A DNA stretch of 62,357 nucleotides, filler included, from Rhabdomonas costata (GCA_019059605.1; 28 parts of 28 records of this genome joined end to end with filler, not necessarily neighbours in it); one strand, 5' to 3'. Counted from the first letter of the whole stretch, positions 1-12,970 are shown. A program made the numbers and translations. The notes: generated by a model not told the origin, from the sequence alone.

Positions 1-669
1 TGTGTGGTTTTGCAAGATTCAAATTACGTTAACGACAAGAAGCAGTGCTGTTAATAACGGGCGTTCAAAAGCCTCAGGAAACAGCGTGGGATCCTTTTGA
101 GAAATTTGAAGCCACCGAGGACAAATTTTGGGGCGTTTCTGGGAGCCTTTTTGGAATCACTATGGAGCAGGAAAACAAATGCAAGGCACTGACAACGCTG
201 CTGACGAAGTTAACGCAGTCACGCTCGACCAACTCCAAAGCACGCACTGTAGAAAAATGTGGTCAGGTTCCCCCGAATTTCGAGGGAGGGAGCGGGAGTT
301 CCTATCAATTGACCTGTGGGAGGTGTGCCATCCTGCGCCGTTCTGGGCATCTGAGGAAAACGAGAAAAGACACGAAAAAAAACATGCCACATCAAACCCA
401 TCGGAAGGCAGGCCATGCATTTAACTAAAGCAATCAAACTGCCCCCCCTCCCTCTTGCTCTTGGTTTAGCTGATTGTGTGTGTGATCTTTCCTCTAGAAA
501 TCCGTTGGTTTGTGCCAGCGGTGGTCAACACGACGAAGGGCTGAGGCGAGAGATGGACAGCTAGCATGCGGAGAGCCCAATAAGGAAAGTAGAAAAGCAG
601 ACACAAAAACAGGTCCATCCTTTGTCATTCAAAATCCGCTGTGCGGGGCCTTCATATAATGCTCGTACC

Positions 670-670
<1 letters not shown>

Positions 671-700
<30 letters not shown>
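671..700. repeat. (AC)n microsatellite
   Basis: About 15 AC units read directly. Confidence 0.95.
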
Positions 701-704
<4 letters not shown>

Positions 705-2138
705 ATTCACATGCACACCTGCGGAGCCCAGGGACGCGGATACGCACACTGGCACGGAGCCAGATTTCTGTAAAGTGGAAGAGCACACCAGGTGGGAAGA
801 GCCACGCAGAGGGAGGTCCTCTGTAATTTGTGCGGGGTCCCAATATACACGCTTGTTCGTTTGCTCAAGCTTGCAATTGCTTGCAATTGCTTGAGCGTTC
901 CAACTGTTTCAGAATTGCAGGAAAGTTCTCTTCTCTGTGCGCTTTGGCAAATGGAAGCTCGTGTTATGACCGCAACTCCCCAAAAATAAATGCCTCTCAG
1001 GACAAGGGTTAGGGAACTGAACGCGATTGCTGTAAGGGGCCCCGCTAGGTGCTGTAAAATTAAAAACAAAAAATAAACGGAAAAAAGCATGGGCAAACAC
1101 ATCACCACCCCAAGCGTCGCCATCAAGAAGCCTAAAGGTCAACCGAACCTCGCTCACCGGCCCTGTCTCCCCCAAAGTTTGGGTTGGGAGGGGGGGGGCG
1201 AAGTCTTGGGAAGGGTCGCTGTGTGTGTGTGTCTCACTCTGTCACTTATATATGTTCTAGTCAGGACGGACAGAAACCGCGCCTGCATTCCTTGCATGTT
1301 TGCCCTTTTTTGTTGTGATTTTCCGTGTTCTTTTCCCCGCGGAAAGGACTAGAACAAAGTGAGTGAGTGAGTGAGTGTGTTTTAGGCGCACAGCGCGCTG
1401 GCTGACGGGAAAACGAGGTCTTCACCATCGGATAATCTACAGAGAGGAGAGAGGTGTGACTCCCCCTTTTCATGGTTTGATGGAGTTTGATGGAAGATGA
1501 AGGTGAAGGTAAAGGTGAAGGTGACGTCTCGTTCTTCTTCTGCTTCTTCTCCGCTCGAGTGCTCAGTGGCAGGCCGATGAAGCGCACAGTCTCACTGACT
1601 GCGACAGACACAGGGTGCTCACCTCCCGCCTCTCTCTTTCTCTGAGTGTTGTCAGGAGGGTGCCAGGTGACCGCCACAGCAGTTGTTGGGCCATAGAGCC
1701 TGCCAGTGGGTGGTTCCTGGCTCGCGCGTGGTCCGTCACTCTGCTGGTGCTAGTATTTTTGTGCGGGAAGACTGAGCACTAGCTTGTTCTGTGTGATGTG
1801 CTCTTCCGGAGCTGACAATAGTGGCCCTCCCAGAGCAGTTTAAACTGCTCTTGTAAATCAGTGAGTGAGTGTGTGTGGGTACCCGACACCCGTTTAAGTA
1901 GGCTGTCTGTCAATGAGAAAACTGGAACGGCAAGCAGAAGGAATCGTGGATCAAAACCTCAGTGGATCGGCTACAACGACATCACAAATAAGACGAAGAA
2001 GCACGCCAGTGTACGCTCATCCAACTGTCCTCTCCTCGAACCCCCAGCCAGGAAGGGGCAAGTCTGGACCACTGAGAAAACCACAAGCGACCGTGAATGC
2101 AGTCAGGATGGTGACTGAGACCGATACCCACCCCAAAA

Positions 2139-2238
2139 NNNNNNNNNNNNNNNNNNNNNNNNNNNNNNNNNNNNNNNNNNNNTTAATTAATTAANNNNNN
2201 NNNNNNNNNNNNNNNNNNNNNNNNNNNNNNNNNNNNNN
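2139..2238. other. Artificial contig linker (44 N + TTAATTAATTAA + 44 N), first of 27. Others start at 4371, 6602, 8828, 11060, 13292, 15524, 17756, 19988, 22219, 24450, 26680, 28912, 31142, 33376, 35606, 37837, 40067, 42292, 44524, 46754, 48984, 51214, 53443, 55669, 57899, 60129
   Basis: An identical 100-nt block with stops in all six frames recurs about every 2230 nt, and gene content is unrelated on either side. Confidence 0.99.
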
Positions 2239-3034
2239 GGCTGAGGTTCGGTTGTCGGCCGGCTGAGATATGTGCCGGCGTTTTCTTCTGTACGCTGGAG
2301 TCTTTGTGCGCTTCAGATTTTGTGGCTTTTGACTCTGTGGTTGTAGGGGACAGGCATTTTCCACGGTCTCCCACTTTCTTGAAACAGGACGTTCTGGTTA
2401 TGCTGCCTTTCGAATAGGTGAGGTGATCAGTTAATAATAATAGTTAGTATCTTTTAGTTAATAGTTAATATCTTTTGCTGAATTATGTACTCCCCAGCTG
2501 AAACCACTGAGATTTTGAACTGATCCAGACCCGCAAAATAACCCTACCGCAGCTCAGGAAATGGTTTTTGGATAGATCCAATGGAGCTCAATGGAGCTTC
2601 AGGGTCAACTCAGCTCAATTGGATATAGGGACCGAACCCCTTGGGTTTTTTCCAAAAATTTCCGAAACAATCGATACATCTTGATATTCGAGTTTTGGTA
2701 AGAATCGGTTTTGGAGAACCGGGGAGTCAATCCTCTCCTCTCCTCTCTTGCCCTGCTCAGCTTCCCTGAGTTTTATGATAGACCTCTCTCTGGTCTTTAG
2801 GAGGGGCGTGTCAATATGGATTCGAGCCGAAGTCGGTGGGTGGCAGAATCCGTACCAGTGGACCTCTTTAAAACACTATTCAGTGTGTTTGGGTTAGTGT
2901 GCGGAGCCACGCACGCCGCCAGCTGCGAGGCGGTAGAACGCACTGAACCATCACTTGAATGCATCCCTCTGTTCAACTCCGCGGAAGGATGCTAATCCAT
3001 CCACACAAATCAGTGTGTAGGTTTTTTCCCACAG

Positions 3035-3846
3035 GTGTTCTTTGCCGAGAAGCCCGACTACATTGAGGCTTTGTCCCACCACAACGCCGCTATTGATGAG
3101 AGCTCGCGGCTTCCCGAGGATCCCCAGGACACGGCCCGAGTGGCGCAATACCACACCCTGCTGGGCCGCCGCGCGCAGACCCTGAATAAGCTTCAGAGGT
3201 GGCCTTTGCCCTTCCCCCCACACACACACACTCTCACCCTGAGCTGCTTCCACTGTGCGTATCCTTTCTTGAAATCTTAATTCACTTCCACCTCCCTTGC
3301 GTGCGAGTGTGTGGCTCTTGGGCAATGAGTTACTTCATTGGATCTTTCTGCTTCTGTTTCCCTGCCCCGAAGGCAGGCCGACACTCAGGGGAGCACTTGG
3401 AGCACCAATGAATCTGAAATAAGCGTGGGCTAAAACTCAATGTTACGATCTATTCTCTATCCCATTCCCATGTTCTTGTGAACGCCCTCGGAGACTGTAC
3501 GCGTTTGTGTCCGCAGTTTTTCCGCTGTTTTTTAATGTCTGTTGGATGTGCTTGAGTTTGCGTGAGATTTTCATGCAACATGTGATTTACAGGCGACTTT
3601 TGGACCAGCGCGGAGCTGGAGCTTTTTCCTCGCGTTTCCTCACACACACACATGCACAAAGGCACACACACGGTCTCTCCCTTTTCGCCTTTTCGGTGCA
3701 GGTTTAAGGATGCGCTCTCTGACGCAGACAAGATGATCTCTCTGGCGCCGTTTTCAGAGAAGGGCTACGCCCACAAGGCCACCACCTACATAATGCTTGC
3801 CCATGATGCGCTGGAGAACGGCCTGCGGCAAGTGGAGCACCGCGAG
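3035..3846 (+). CDS. TPR-repeat protein, partial; exons 3035-3198 and 3702-~3846
   Basis: A GT-AG intron at 3199-3701 joins ...ALSHHNAAIDE...YHTLLGRRAQTLNKLQR|FKDALSDADKMISLAPFSEKGYAHKATTY, a TPR helix pattern. The exon 2 end (GC at 3847) is tentative. Confidence 0.7.
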
Positions 3847-4582
3847 GCCTGCATCCCCTTCTCCTCACCTCCCCCCTCAAACAAAAAGGAGTGAAAGAAG
3901 TGAAAAGGAGTGCCGCTTGAGGTTCCTTTTTTCGTTCCTAGATTGCGTTTGGTTTATTTTGACATATTGGACCAGTTTCGTCTTGGGTTTTTGCGGATGA
4001 GTGGGACAAGTTTATTTGCATATTTGCATAACTTCGGTAGACGGGCCATAGAGTCACTGGAAGTAGCCATCACGGATACAGCAGAGTAGTGCAATAAAGG
4101 GATCAGCACCATTGGGAAGGTTCCGCCTCCGCTGGAACTATTTAACATTGTCTTCCAAGTGGTCAGAATACACGCCACCGCGTGACCGTAAGAAGGTTTT
4201 CAGTCTCTCTCACAGACTTATCTCTCAGCACTCCGTAACTTTCTAGGAACTTCTTCAGCTTAGCCTCATCACCACAAAAATCTCTAAATCAAACAGAGTA
4301 AACATGGCTGTATGTGGAAGCATGCAAGGCACCCTAACCCTAGGTAAGTTGCGGAGCCCCACCAAACCCCNNNNNNNNNNNNNNNNNNNNNNNNNNNNNN
4401 NNNNNNNNNNNNNNTTAATTAATTAANNNNNNNNNNNNNNNNNNNNNNNNNNNNNNNNNNNNNNNNNNNNCCTTATCCTAAAGCTCGTTCAACGAATGAA
4501 AAACAGAGGGAGGATCACTCGCTCACAATTGCGCCCTCTCCCTCCCTTCTTTTCCCTTCCTCTCTTCATTTCTCTCTGAAAT

Positions 4583-4633
<51 letters not shown>
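4583..4633. repeat. (CAAG)n tetranucleotide microsatellite, intronic
   Basis: About 12 perfect CAAG units. Confidence 0.95.
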
Positions 4634-4664
4634 ACGCAACTGTCTCCAACTCAAAGAATAACAC

Positions 4665-6235
4665 CTCTGCTGCGGCATGGCCCACGGAATTCAACACGGC
4701 TTGGAACCCCGTGGTGCGGGGCAGCAGCACGTTCTTGAACAACGGCCGGCCCTCCTTCCGGGCGTGATCGTGGCCCTTCTGCACGGCCTCCGTGTGGATC
4801 GTCGTCCCCTCGGGGAACAGGAAAAGCCAGAAGTTGAACCCATGGTCCAAGAAGCCCGCCAGCCTACGCACCAGGTTCTCGCGGTCCTCCGCCCAATTGC
4901 GCTGCAGGAAGATGAACTCAAAGGCCTCCATTCCTAAGTGACACCGCATACCCTCCTTTCTTCATCCGTTCGGTGGGCAACCTGTTGAAAAGAAACACCG
5001 AAAGAACAAATAGGTGAGTTTGTTTCTCAGGTGTCACCCTCCGGGTCTCCGGGTGGCAGCAGTTTGTTTCTTTGTTATCGTCAGTGCTAAGATTGGGGTG
5101 TGAGTACCCATGCCCACTGTTTTCACAAGTGCAAACCGTTGCACACAGTCTTTTCCTTTTGAGGGTTTCAAAAGACCCAAAGAGATTCTCCCAGGGCTCT
5201 CAAAATCACATACACACACACCAACTAGCTCCTGTGCGCAATTACAAAATGGACCGGACCGGACCGGACCGGAACCACACCTCAAATCCATTTTCAGAGC
5301 CAGCCTTCGCGCTCCGTTCACACTGTCTGCACTTCGAGTGCAATTGGTTTCAGTGGCATAGGGAAGTCCTGGCCACTCCAGTTCATAGCAAAAGATTTCC
5401 ATACTTCCTCCATAAGTAGCACAGCGGTAGCACAGCAGGCAGCACCTTGGCCGAAAAGAGGCAGGCGCGAGAGGGACGCCTTAAGAATGATCTTGACGTG
5501 GCCGTGCATGCTGTATGCTCGACTCACAACCCACATAAACCACCTGGCACATGTACAAGCACGAATAATGAGTTAGGTGGAAAGAGGAAACACTGGTACA
5601 GATATTATCAGGCTTCGAAATCGGTTTCAGTAGGTTAGGTGCGGTAGGCGTGATGGTAAAGGTAAATCCAAAATCGTTTTCCACCCCTTCGACGATGATA
5701 TTCCACCCGTGAGACCCTTCCCAGCCTTCATCATAAGATCGACACAGAATGAGACTCTGGTCAGTGAAGCGCACCCTGGCAACCATATCGAACCTGTTGA
5801 CCCATGTTCCACAAGTGAAGTTAAGAGTTGCCCAATATTCCGGATACGGACAGTCCCGAAAGTCCGGATTCTGTGGCACGCAAGTCTTCTACACGGGAAT
5901 GACTGGGGTTGTTGGGTTGGGTGAAGCCACCCCTCGTTCCTCACCTCGCCGTCGAACTCCTGGTGTTTATTAAGGTATTAATTAATTAATTAAGGAATGC
6001 TGAAGCAGAATATGGCTTTTTAGAAGACTGCGCCAATGGAATGCAAACTATGTGCACTTCATTCGTCTAGACATGCACGCGGGAAGACGTTCACCAGTCC
6101 GCGTCGATTTGGTGGTTCATGATCAGAATGATTGGCCGATCGGTGGGAAGCTCGTCTCCACTGGTGATCACGGTGACCTCCTTGAACAAGCAGCCCAGAG
6201 AATCCACCCATAGAGACTCAATGTAGGTCTGGGCC
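4665..6235 (-). CDS. Lysophospholipid acyltransferase (LCLAT1/LPAT4-5-like), partial; exons 6235-6095, 5543-5446, 4933-4665
   Basis: The spliced product has NHQIDADW (NHxxxxD motif I), KIILKASLSRLPLFG, FIFLQRNWAED, LFPEGT and VLLPRTTGF. Both introns are GT-AG and in phase. Confidence 0.92.
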
Positions 6236-8238
6236 CTGGGGAGAGAAATGCGACGTCCACAATATCTACCCACGTCGACAATACGAACACAGAACAAGAA
6301 AACCTCTTTCTTCGCCTTCTTTTTAATATAAGCCCAGACGCGGTTTCTGTCCTCACAACAGGGTTTACAGAAAGAAAAGAAAAAACCAACAAACACGGAG
6401 CACAGTTCTCCTTCCCTTAGCAAAAGCAATCTGGTGGGAGGATCGCCTTCTGGACCCCACTTCTTGTTAGAATCAAGGGTTAGCAAGAGTTGTTCATAGT
6501 CTTTAGGACTGGTGACAAGGTCGGTGTCACGACAGCACTTTTAGCAACCATAGCAAAATTCAAAAAAACAGCATTCATCACCTTAAACCACCACACAACA
6601 CNNNNNNNNNNNNNNNNNNNNNNNNNNNNNNNNNNNNNNNNNNNNTTAATTAATTAANNNNNNNNNNNNNNNNNNNNNNNNNNNNNNNNNNNNNNNNNNN
6701 NCAAGGGACGCCGTTGGAACTTGCATGCTATCCTGCCAGCATCCCACTCCTGGGGCACACGCGGAGGACTGGGATTGGAATTGGTTGCCTCTTCTTTGTG
6801 GTCATCGCTGACCTTTGTGGAGGGCCCTGGGGTAAATACCTCCCACCTTCCCCGCTGCTGCCACATCCCTCAGCCCGGAGAGGCGGCGGGGCTGATTATC
6901 ATGTGTACAGTGCAGTCGAGGTTTTTTTTCGTCTTTCTTGGGGCGGGCCGCGTTGCCGCGGCTGCGCCGCCTTGACGCCACCTTGGCTTGCTTGCGGTGT
7001 CCCGTGAGGTTGTGTCCTCATCCACACAAATCCTTCCCCTGTTCAGTATGTCCCCCCGCCTGCTGGAAAAACCTCGATACCCTTGTGTTTTCGCATACCC
7101 TGATCCCCTGGTCTCAAGGGTCCGGAACTGAATGTAATCGGGGGACAGGGCTCGTGGTAGGTGCGGAGGAGCCTTCGCTGCTTTAGCGTCCCCACAAGGT
7201 GATGGAACTGGTGAGGGGGGTTCCAAGGGCAAGGAGTGTAATTGTGCCCCCGCGCCGGTGCCCGTGCCTTTGGGGAGTCCGAGGGTCAGCAGCGAAGGAT
7301 GGAGTGAAATGAAAATTTTCATTGTAGCAGGTGGCCCAACGCTTGTGCGGCACGGAAGACCTGCTGCAGGTGCTAGGTCGACGAAGATAAACCTCAACGT
7401 GTCATGCCGCTTGTACAGCCGTCTCCATTGGCATCCTGACAGGCACTTCAAAAGCACTGCGGTCCTTTTGTGACAGGCGCAAGGAGAAAAAAAGAGAGAA
7501 ATAAGAAAAAGACATGGTGTGGTGGTGTCGAAAGACCGATGAACTCTCCCGTTCCTTTCGCGGCGCCTTCCAATGCAGGGCTGGGGGAAAGTGCAAAATT
7601 TGTTGCATGTTTTTGCGTTTTTTTTTTGCACTTTTTACATCGCATTTTCCCCGGTGCCTGCTCCTGCGGCTTTTGTAGATGAAATGGACCCGGAGCGAAA
7701 ATTTCGCATTTTTGGTTTCGCCACTGTACATATATTTACCAGCCCCGCCCATGCTTGAAAGAGAATTCTGAAGAGAAAAGGTACTGCAAAGAATGCCAAG
7801 GTCAAACCCCATTGTGCGAGATGTAGTTTTGAGAAACAAAAATTCTGGGATGAACGTTTTTATCGAGAACCCGCAAGACTATGGTGAGGTTTGTTCGTGG
7901 GTTGGAGGTGTCTTTCACTTTTCCAGCGGGAGGGTCAAGACGAGATTGTGCTTGGTCGGGACTCTTCTCGCGTTGATTGCTGTGTGGTATGCTTTTTGAT
8001 TGCATGGAAGCGTGTATTGTTGGCCGGGAAGGGTGTCTCTTTTTCAATCACATGCATTACATGCAAATAGGACGAGAAAACTTCCTCCGTGGTATCCAGG
8101 CTCCATGCGAAGATCTGTCGACGAGACGGAGGTATTTTCTTTTTGCCTGTTTTTGCAGCATGTATCGTATCGCATTGCTCGAAATTTTCTGTGCGCGTTT
8201 ACGAATAGAACATTTCTGCAGTTTTTGGTTCACTTCAG

Positions 8239-8452
8239 AGTTTTTCATCGCGGACAATAACTCGACAAATGGTACCTTTGTCAACGGTCTCAAGATACGG
8301 GAATCCCTACTAAGGTTAGTTTCCACCTCCCTCAACTGGGGGTTTTTTCACTTTGTTTTGTTGCTCCTTGTTTTCACTTGTTTCTTCTTTCGTGGCTTTG
8401 ATCTTTTAGGGATGGCGATCAGGTGAAATTGACGAACGACTTCTCAGCGAAG
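8239..8452 (+). CDS. FHA-domain protein, partial; exons 8239-8314 and 8410-8452 (upstream exons near 7790-8130 unresolved)
   Basis: FFIADNNSTNGTFVNGLKI...LLR|DGDQVKL matches the FHA C-terminal signature (DxxSTNGTFVNG ... L.DGD.I.L). GT-AG intron at 8315-8409. Confidence 0.85.
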
Positions 8453-8942
8453 GCAAGCCAGCTTTTCTCCTTCAAAAAAAAGAGAGCATGGTAGTTGAGA
8501 GAAGTCGTTCGTCAATTTCACTTGCTCGACACTTTAAAAGGTATATTTTTGCGATTAACCTGAACACCACATGCTTGCTCCCGTCATCAGTACAGAAAAG
8601 AAGCAGAGGCGCAATCTAAGTCGAGGAGATGAGATCCCGCGCTTTTGCTTTCCGAACGCCCTTTCTTTCGCGACGAATGCAACCTGGTGGTGATGTGACT
8701 CATTTCCTGTCACATGGTCTGGGGTACGGAGGTGATTTAGCTACCAAGAACCGTGTCGAATTCAGCCGCGTCATTGATGAAACCAACCTTGTGAACACAA
8801 AAAACGAGTCAAACTCCCCTCCCACACNNNNNNNNNNNNNNNNNNNNNNNNNNNNNNNNNNNNNNNNNNNNTTAATTAATTAANNNNNNNNNNNNNNNNN
8901 NNNNNNNNNNNNNNNNNNNNNNNNNNNGGGTGTGGGGCGTAC

Positions 8943-9902
8943 CTGAAGGGCAGCGACAATGTTGGTGTCAAAGGTTGGCAGAACAGTCGTAGTGTCCTGT
9001 CGTTGTCTGCTACCACGCAGGTCTTCCATTCTCTGGGACAAAGCCCTATGCAGCAAAAGGATGGGGTGGGAACGTCCATTCCTATTTAAACAGGGTGGAA
9101 AAAAAAGAGCAGAAGTGTACTTCAGGATTTGCTTCACACGGGTGAAGTGCACCGCACTGGTGGAACTTGAGCCCAGATGGGGTAGGGCGGAGATGTGGTG
9201 CCATGCCACTGCCCGCACCTCCTTCCTGGTCTGCGGCTGAAACAAGCTCTTCTCTGGAACCCCGCTGGCGATGAACATGGTGACCTCGTGGTAAGTCTCA
9301 CGCACAACGATCGCTTTTTGCACGGAGACGAACCCCGACGCGTCGAACCCAGTCTCCTCCCAGAGCTCGCGCAGAGCGCACTGCAGCTTGCTCTCTTCGT
9401 TGGCGATTTTGCCACGGGGAAAGCTCCACTGCTCACTGTTCCAATGCTGAATCATCAAGACCTGGTGTGTGGAAGGAGGAAGGGGAATCGGGTGAGCGTT
9501 GACGGCAAAACCTGGGGTTCAACTCACAACTGAAAAGAAAAACACACCTTAGAGAAATCTTCATTGAAAACGATTACCCCGCACACGGGCACAGACGACT
9601 TGTACGACATGAACCACAAGTAGAGTTCATCTGCAGACTTCCCCCTCGGCAGCAGCCAGGGAGCTCGAGCAAACACTAAACCAGAGAAAGTGAGAAAGAA
9701 AGCGAAAATTAGAAGCATAGAAGCATGCAGAAAGCGAGAAGTGCGCACACGTTCTCCAGCAAAAGACTTCAGCGAAAGCTGAGGAAGAGTAGTGTCGGAC
9801 TCATAAAAGAAATCGCAGTAGAACCAGTAAGCCTCTTCGATATGAAAATACAGCCGTTCAGAAGAAGTAACTTCTTCTTCAGGCAGGTTGAGAAGGAATC
9901 GG
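8943..9902 (-). CDS. DCP2: mRNA decapping enzyme Dcp2, partial; exons 9902-9751, 9675-9548, 9461-9121, ~9045-8943
   Basis: Box A RFLLNLPEEE...RLYFHIEEAYWFYCDF, then YKSSVPVCG, and Nudix box WSFPRGKIANEESKLQCALRELWEETGFD. Introns are GT-AG and in phase. The last exon is less certain and the start codon was not found. Confidence 0.93.
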
Positions 9903-11159
9903 CTGATACAGGAAGGAACGTTTCAAATCAACACATACCCACACCGTGTCGATGCGACAACCCGTTTACATCGTAGGGTGAGATGTAAATTGATCGTGCT
10001 CGTGCCCGTGCGATGCCATACAAGTGAGTCCTTTTGGCGTCACTTCAGGCAGGCAAACCGAGGGCAGCACAAGCTGGAGGGCTTTTTCGAACTTTTTCTC
10101 CCAAAGCTGGTTTTGGTTACGAATTTCTTGAATTGGCAACTTTCTTCCTGTGCTCTTTGTCCTGTCTGCAGGTTTGTCAAATTATCTTACTCTCCCACTT
10201 GCCTGTAAAACAGGGGTTTCTTCAAATTGGCAATTGTGGTATATGAAAAGAGGCTAAAGCGAGGGAGAGCGCTGGAAGCGTCGTTAGTGGAAAACAGTCT
10301 GCTCTGGACGTTCCGGACGAAACGGTCTGGCTGCCTGTGGACACGTCGAAACGTCCGTGAACACGGCGTCCGTGAACACGAATGCAATAGGAGGTTATAA
10401 ATCCGACGTCACAAATCCTTGTTCCATCCTTGCACAGCCCGTAATTCTTTGTGTGGTGCACCACCCTAACCCCTATACCACGACGAAAACCGAGTCTTCG
10501 GAACCGGGTCGACCCGGGTCGTCCCGGCCCATGGTCACAAAACCCTGTGGACTGCGTGACCATGGAACCCAGTGGGCTCACGAGCTCTTTCAGAGCATGG
10601 TCGACCTGCGCAACCAGGCGCAGTCACTTGCTTTGTTTGCTTTGCCTGGTTTTTGCGGACTTTCTTTCCTGGTGCACAATCCCACAACATTCAGCTCGGT
10701 AGCATTTTCTATTCCACCTCGACCTCGAAAAAACAGCTAAGGAGCTCGAAATTGCTGGGGGTAGGAAGCGTGTATGAGCATAAACACTACAACGATGCAA
10801 AACGACCACTGCGGGCACCCAGCTGACGTAAATTTCTTGACGCTCGTCTCTTGGGGCGAGAGCCACAGTCTCCACAGCATCTTCTGGGGCAGTTCCCCAG
10901 TCGCAGAGAATCTCACCCACCCAGAAGTCGCAGTGAATCTCGCACACCCTTGACGAGCACTGCAGAGCAAACTCACCAGCGAACTCAACCTTTAAATAAT
11001 ATAACGTTTTTTCTCTTCTTCACTTTTCTTAGCGCTCGGTTTGGTTCGGCGCACCCAACNNNNNNNNNNNNNNNNNNNNNNNNNNNNNNNNNNNNNNNNN
11101 NNNTTAATTAATTAANNNNNNNNNNNNNNNNNNNNNNNNNNNNNNNNNNNNNNNNNNNN

Positions 11160-12970
11160 GGTTTGGTGTAGACCCCGGAGCCCGACGGAAGGAACAGCGC
11201 GAGAACGGATGCGCTGCAAACGTAACAATGACGTGCTGAACTCCTTAATAAATCGATGTATGTCCTTGCCAGTTCTCAGGCTGTGGTTCACTTTCAGGCT
11301 TAATGGAGGTTCTCGGCTCCCCGCCACGCTTTGAACAAGTCTGTACTCGGAATTGCCCATGACAACACTTTGGCTTTTGGACCATTACTAGTGGTGTGGA
11401 GGTGCGCGAAACACACAGTGTGAACAAATCCGATTAAATCCATGTCAACATCCGCCTTTTTGTGGGCGGATTCGCACAGACACACACACACACACACGAG
11501 GGTGGCACCTTTCTCCCTGGCTCACAAGAACAGAGCTACGAGCCACTTGGGCAAGGCGCTCCACAAACGTCCCGATCCCAATCCTGCTGAGCTCCATGGT
11601 AATTGAAGATCCTGGCACACGCAGGTAGCCGGGGACAACCAGCCCCCAGGAGGCAACCTGGGAGAAAAAACGGCTCACACCGCAACAACGAATGCACAAC
11701 AACCAATGATCTTGTGCACGAGAAAAATCCCTCCACTGCAGCTGCGACAAAAATGTTCTTTGTTCACATAGCGTTATTTGGGATGCGCCCCGCCCTCTCC
11801 AACCCACCATGTTCAGAGCCTGGCGAAGGGTGTCCAGGTCAGGAGCTGCCGTGGTGGCAGAGGCCGCGAGGAGCACTCCGAGGGTGGCCCCTTGGGGAAG
11901 GCACCGCGGAAGCCCCAGCCGACCCAGAATCAGCGGGCGCACTCGCCTTTTCCAGAAGACATCATCGGAAAACATACGTGAGACAAGTATCATAATCGCG
12001 TACACATTTAATGCATTGCGTTATAGTGGCGGCAACACAGTGAGTTTTGTGGGCACAGGCGGCCAAGAGTCATTTGCCTGGCCCCGTTCGGCGTGACAAA
12101 AGACGGGGAGGGGTGTGCGTTTTGTTGTACTTACGTTGTCGGTGCTGTCGTTAAACCCTCCGCTGCGGGGGCAAGAAGCGGCACAAAATGGTTACGAAAG
12201 AGCCGTCAAGCGGCCGAGGGTGAAAGGTCAGGAAACTTTGAGTACAGTTCCTCCACAACTCCGACCAACTCTGAACCACGAAACGAATTCCACTTGCACT
12301 CCCGCGGCGCTGCTGAAAAACTGCTAGAGAAGGACTACCTGTCTTATTTTTCTCTCTCTACACAACAGAACAGGAGGACAATATGCTTGGTAAAACGGCC
12401 CGACCCGCCGGGAGCGGCAAAACACTGTGGCGGGGGAGGCCCTGAACAAATCGTTTCCGGACAGCCCAGCTGCGACAAGGCACCTGAAAAACGGCGAGAA
12501 CACCGTGGAGTGCCGGAACTTCACCGGAGTGTACAGCATGTCCAGCTTGGCATGCCCTACGAGGGCTTGTTCAAAGCACAGCAGCGGCTCCGCCGTTTCC
12601 TGAAGGCATCCCCACACAGCGTGCCCAGTTGGGGCAGTGACAGTGACTGAGCAATACAAAGACAGCTGATTGTTGAAGTGTGGTCGAAGGCATGCCATGC
12701 ACGTGCCATGCCATATTGTCGTTGACATCCACTCAGCCGATGCGGGCGGAGGAGCACGACAGAACAGACAAGGAGACACAGCAGATTAGTAGCATACAAA
12801 ACCCCTGCTATGTGATCCCAGGAAAGATTTTGCAGCGACTTCTGGAACGGCCTGCATTGAAGCCCCAGGATCAAAAGACCTGGGGCAATGCGGGCCGGAG
12901 TTCGGACTGTAGCAGCGACGACAGGGTGACCGGGGCCATGCCCAGGCCAACAGAGTAGAGTTCCAGGGCC
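11160..12970 (-). CDS. Probable multi-exon hypothetical protein (exon structure unresolved)
   Basis: Several GC-rich open blocks are bounded by AG/GT (e.g. ALELYSVGLGMAPVTLSSLLQSELRPALPQ, RRVRPLILGRLGLP, VASWGLVVPGYLRVPG). No family recognised. Confidence 0.35.
12156..12241 (+). repeat. Dispersed repeat family A, copy 1
   Basis: Motifs gggcaagaagcgg, aagagccgtcaag and cggccgagggtgaaaggtcag recur in reverse complement at 35858-35897, 37684-37740 and 38925-39050. Confidence 0.75.

Noticed and set aside
1913..2374. ORFs ending in XXX...LIN or XXX...N at each linker
   Set aside because: These are translations through N padding and the stop linker.
4331..4345. Telomeric (CCCTAA)n
   Set aside because: Fewer than two full units, which is expected by chance.
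5978..5993. Extra linker at the native (TTAA)4
   Set aside because: It has no flanking Ns and lies inside an intron whose flanking exons join in frame.
6870..7631. 253-aa ORF
   Set aside because: No recognisable domain, low-complexity T/A tracts and no codon bias.
10820..10905. Upstream Dcp2 exon (…PRDERQEIYVS) joined through a non-canonical intron with a TCAGC direct repeat
   Set aside because: Similarity to the Dcp2 N-terminus is weak and there is no in-phase GT/GC donor. It needs transcript evidence.
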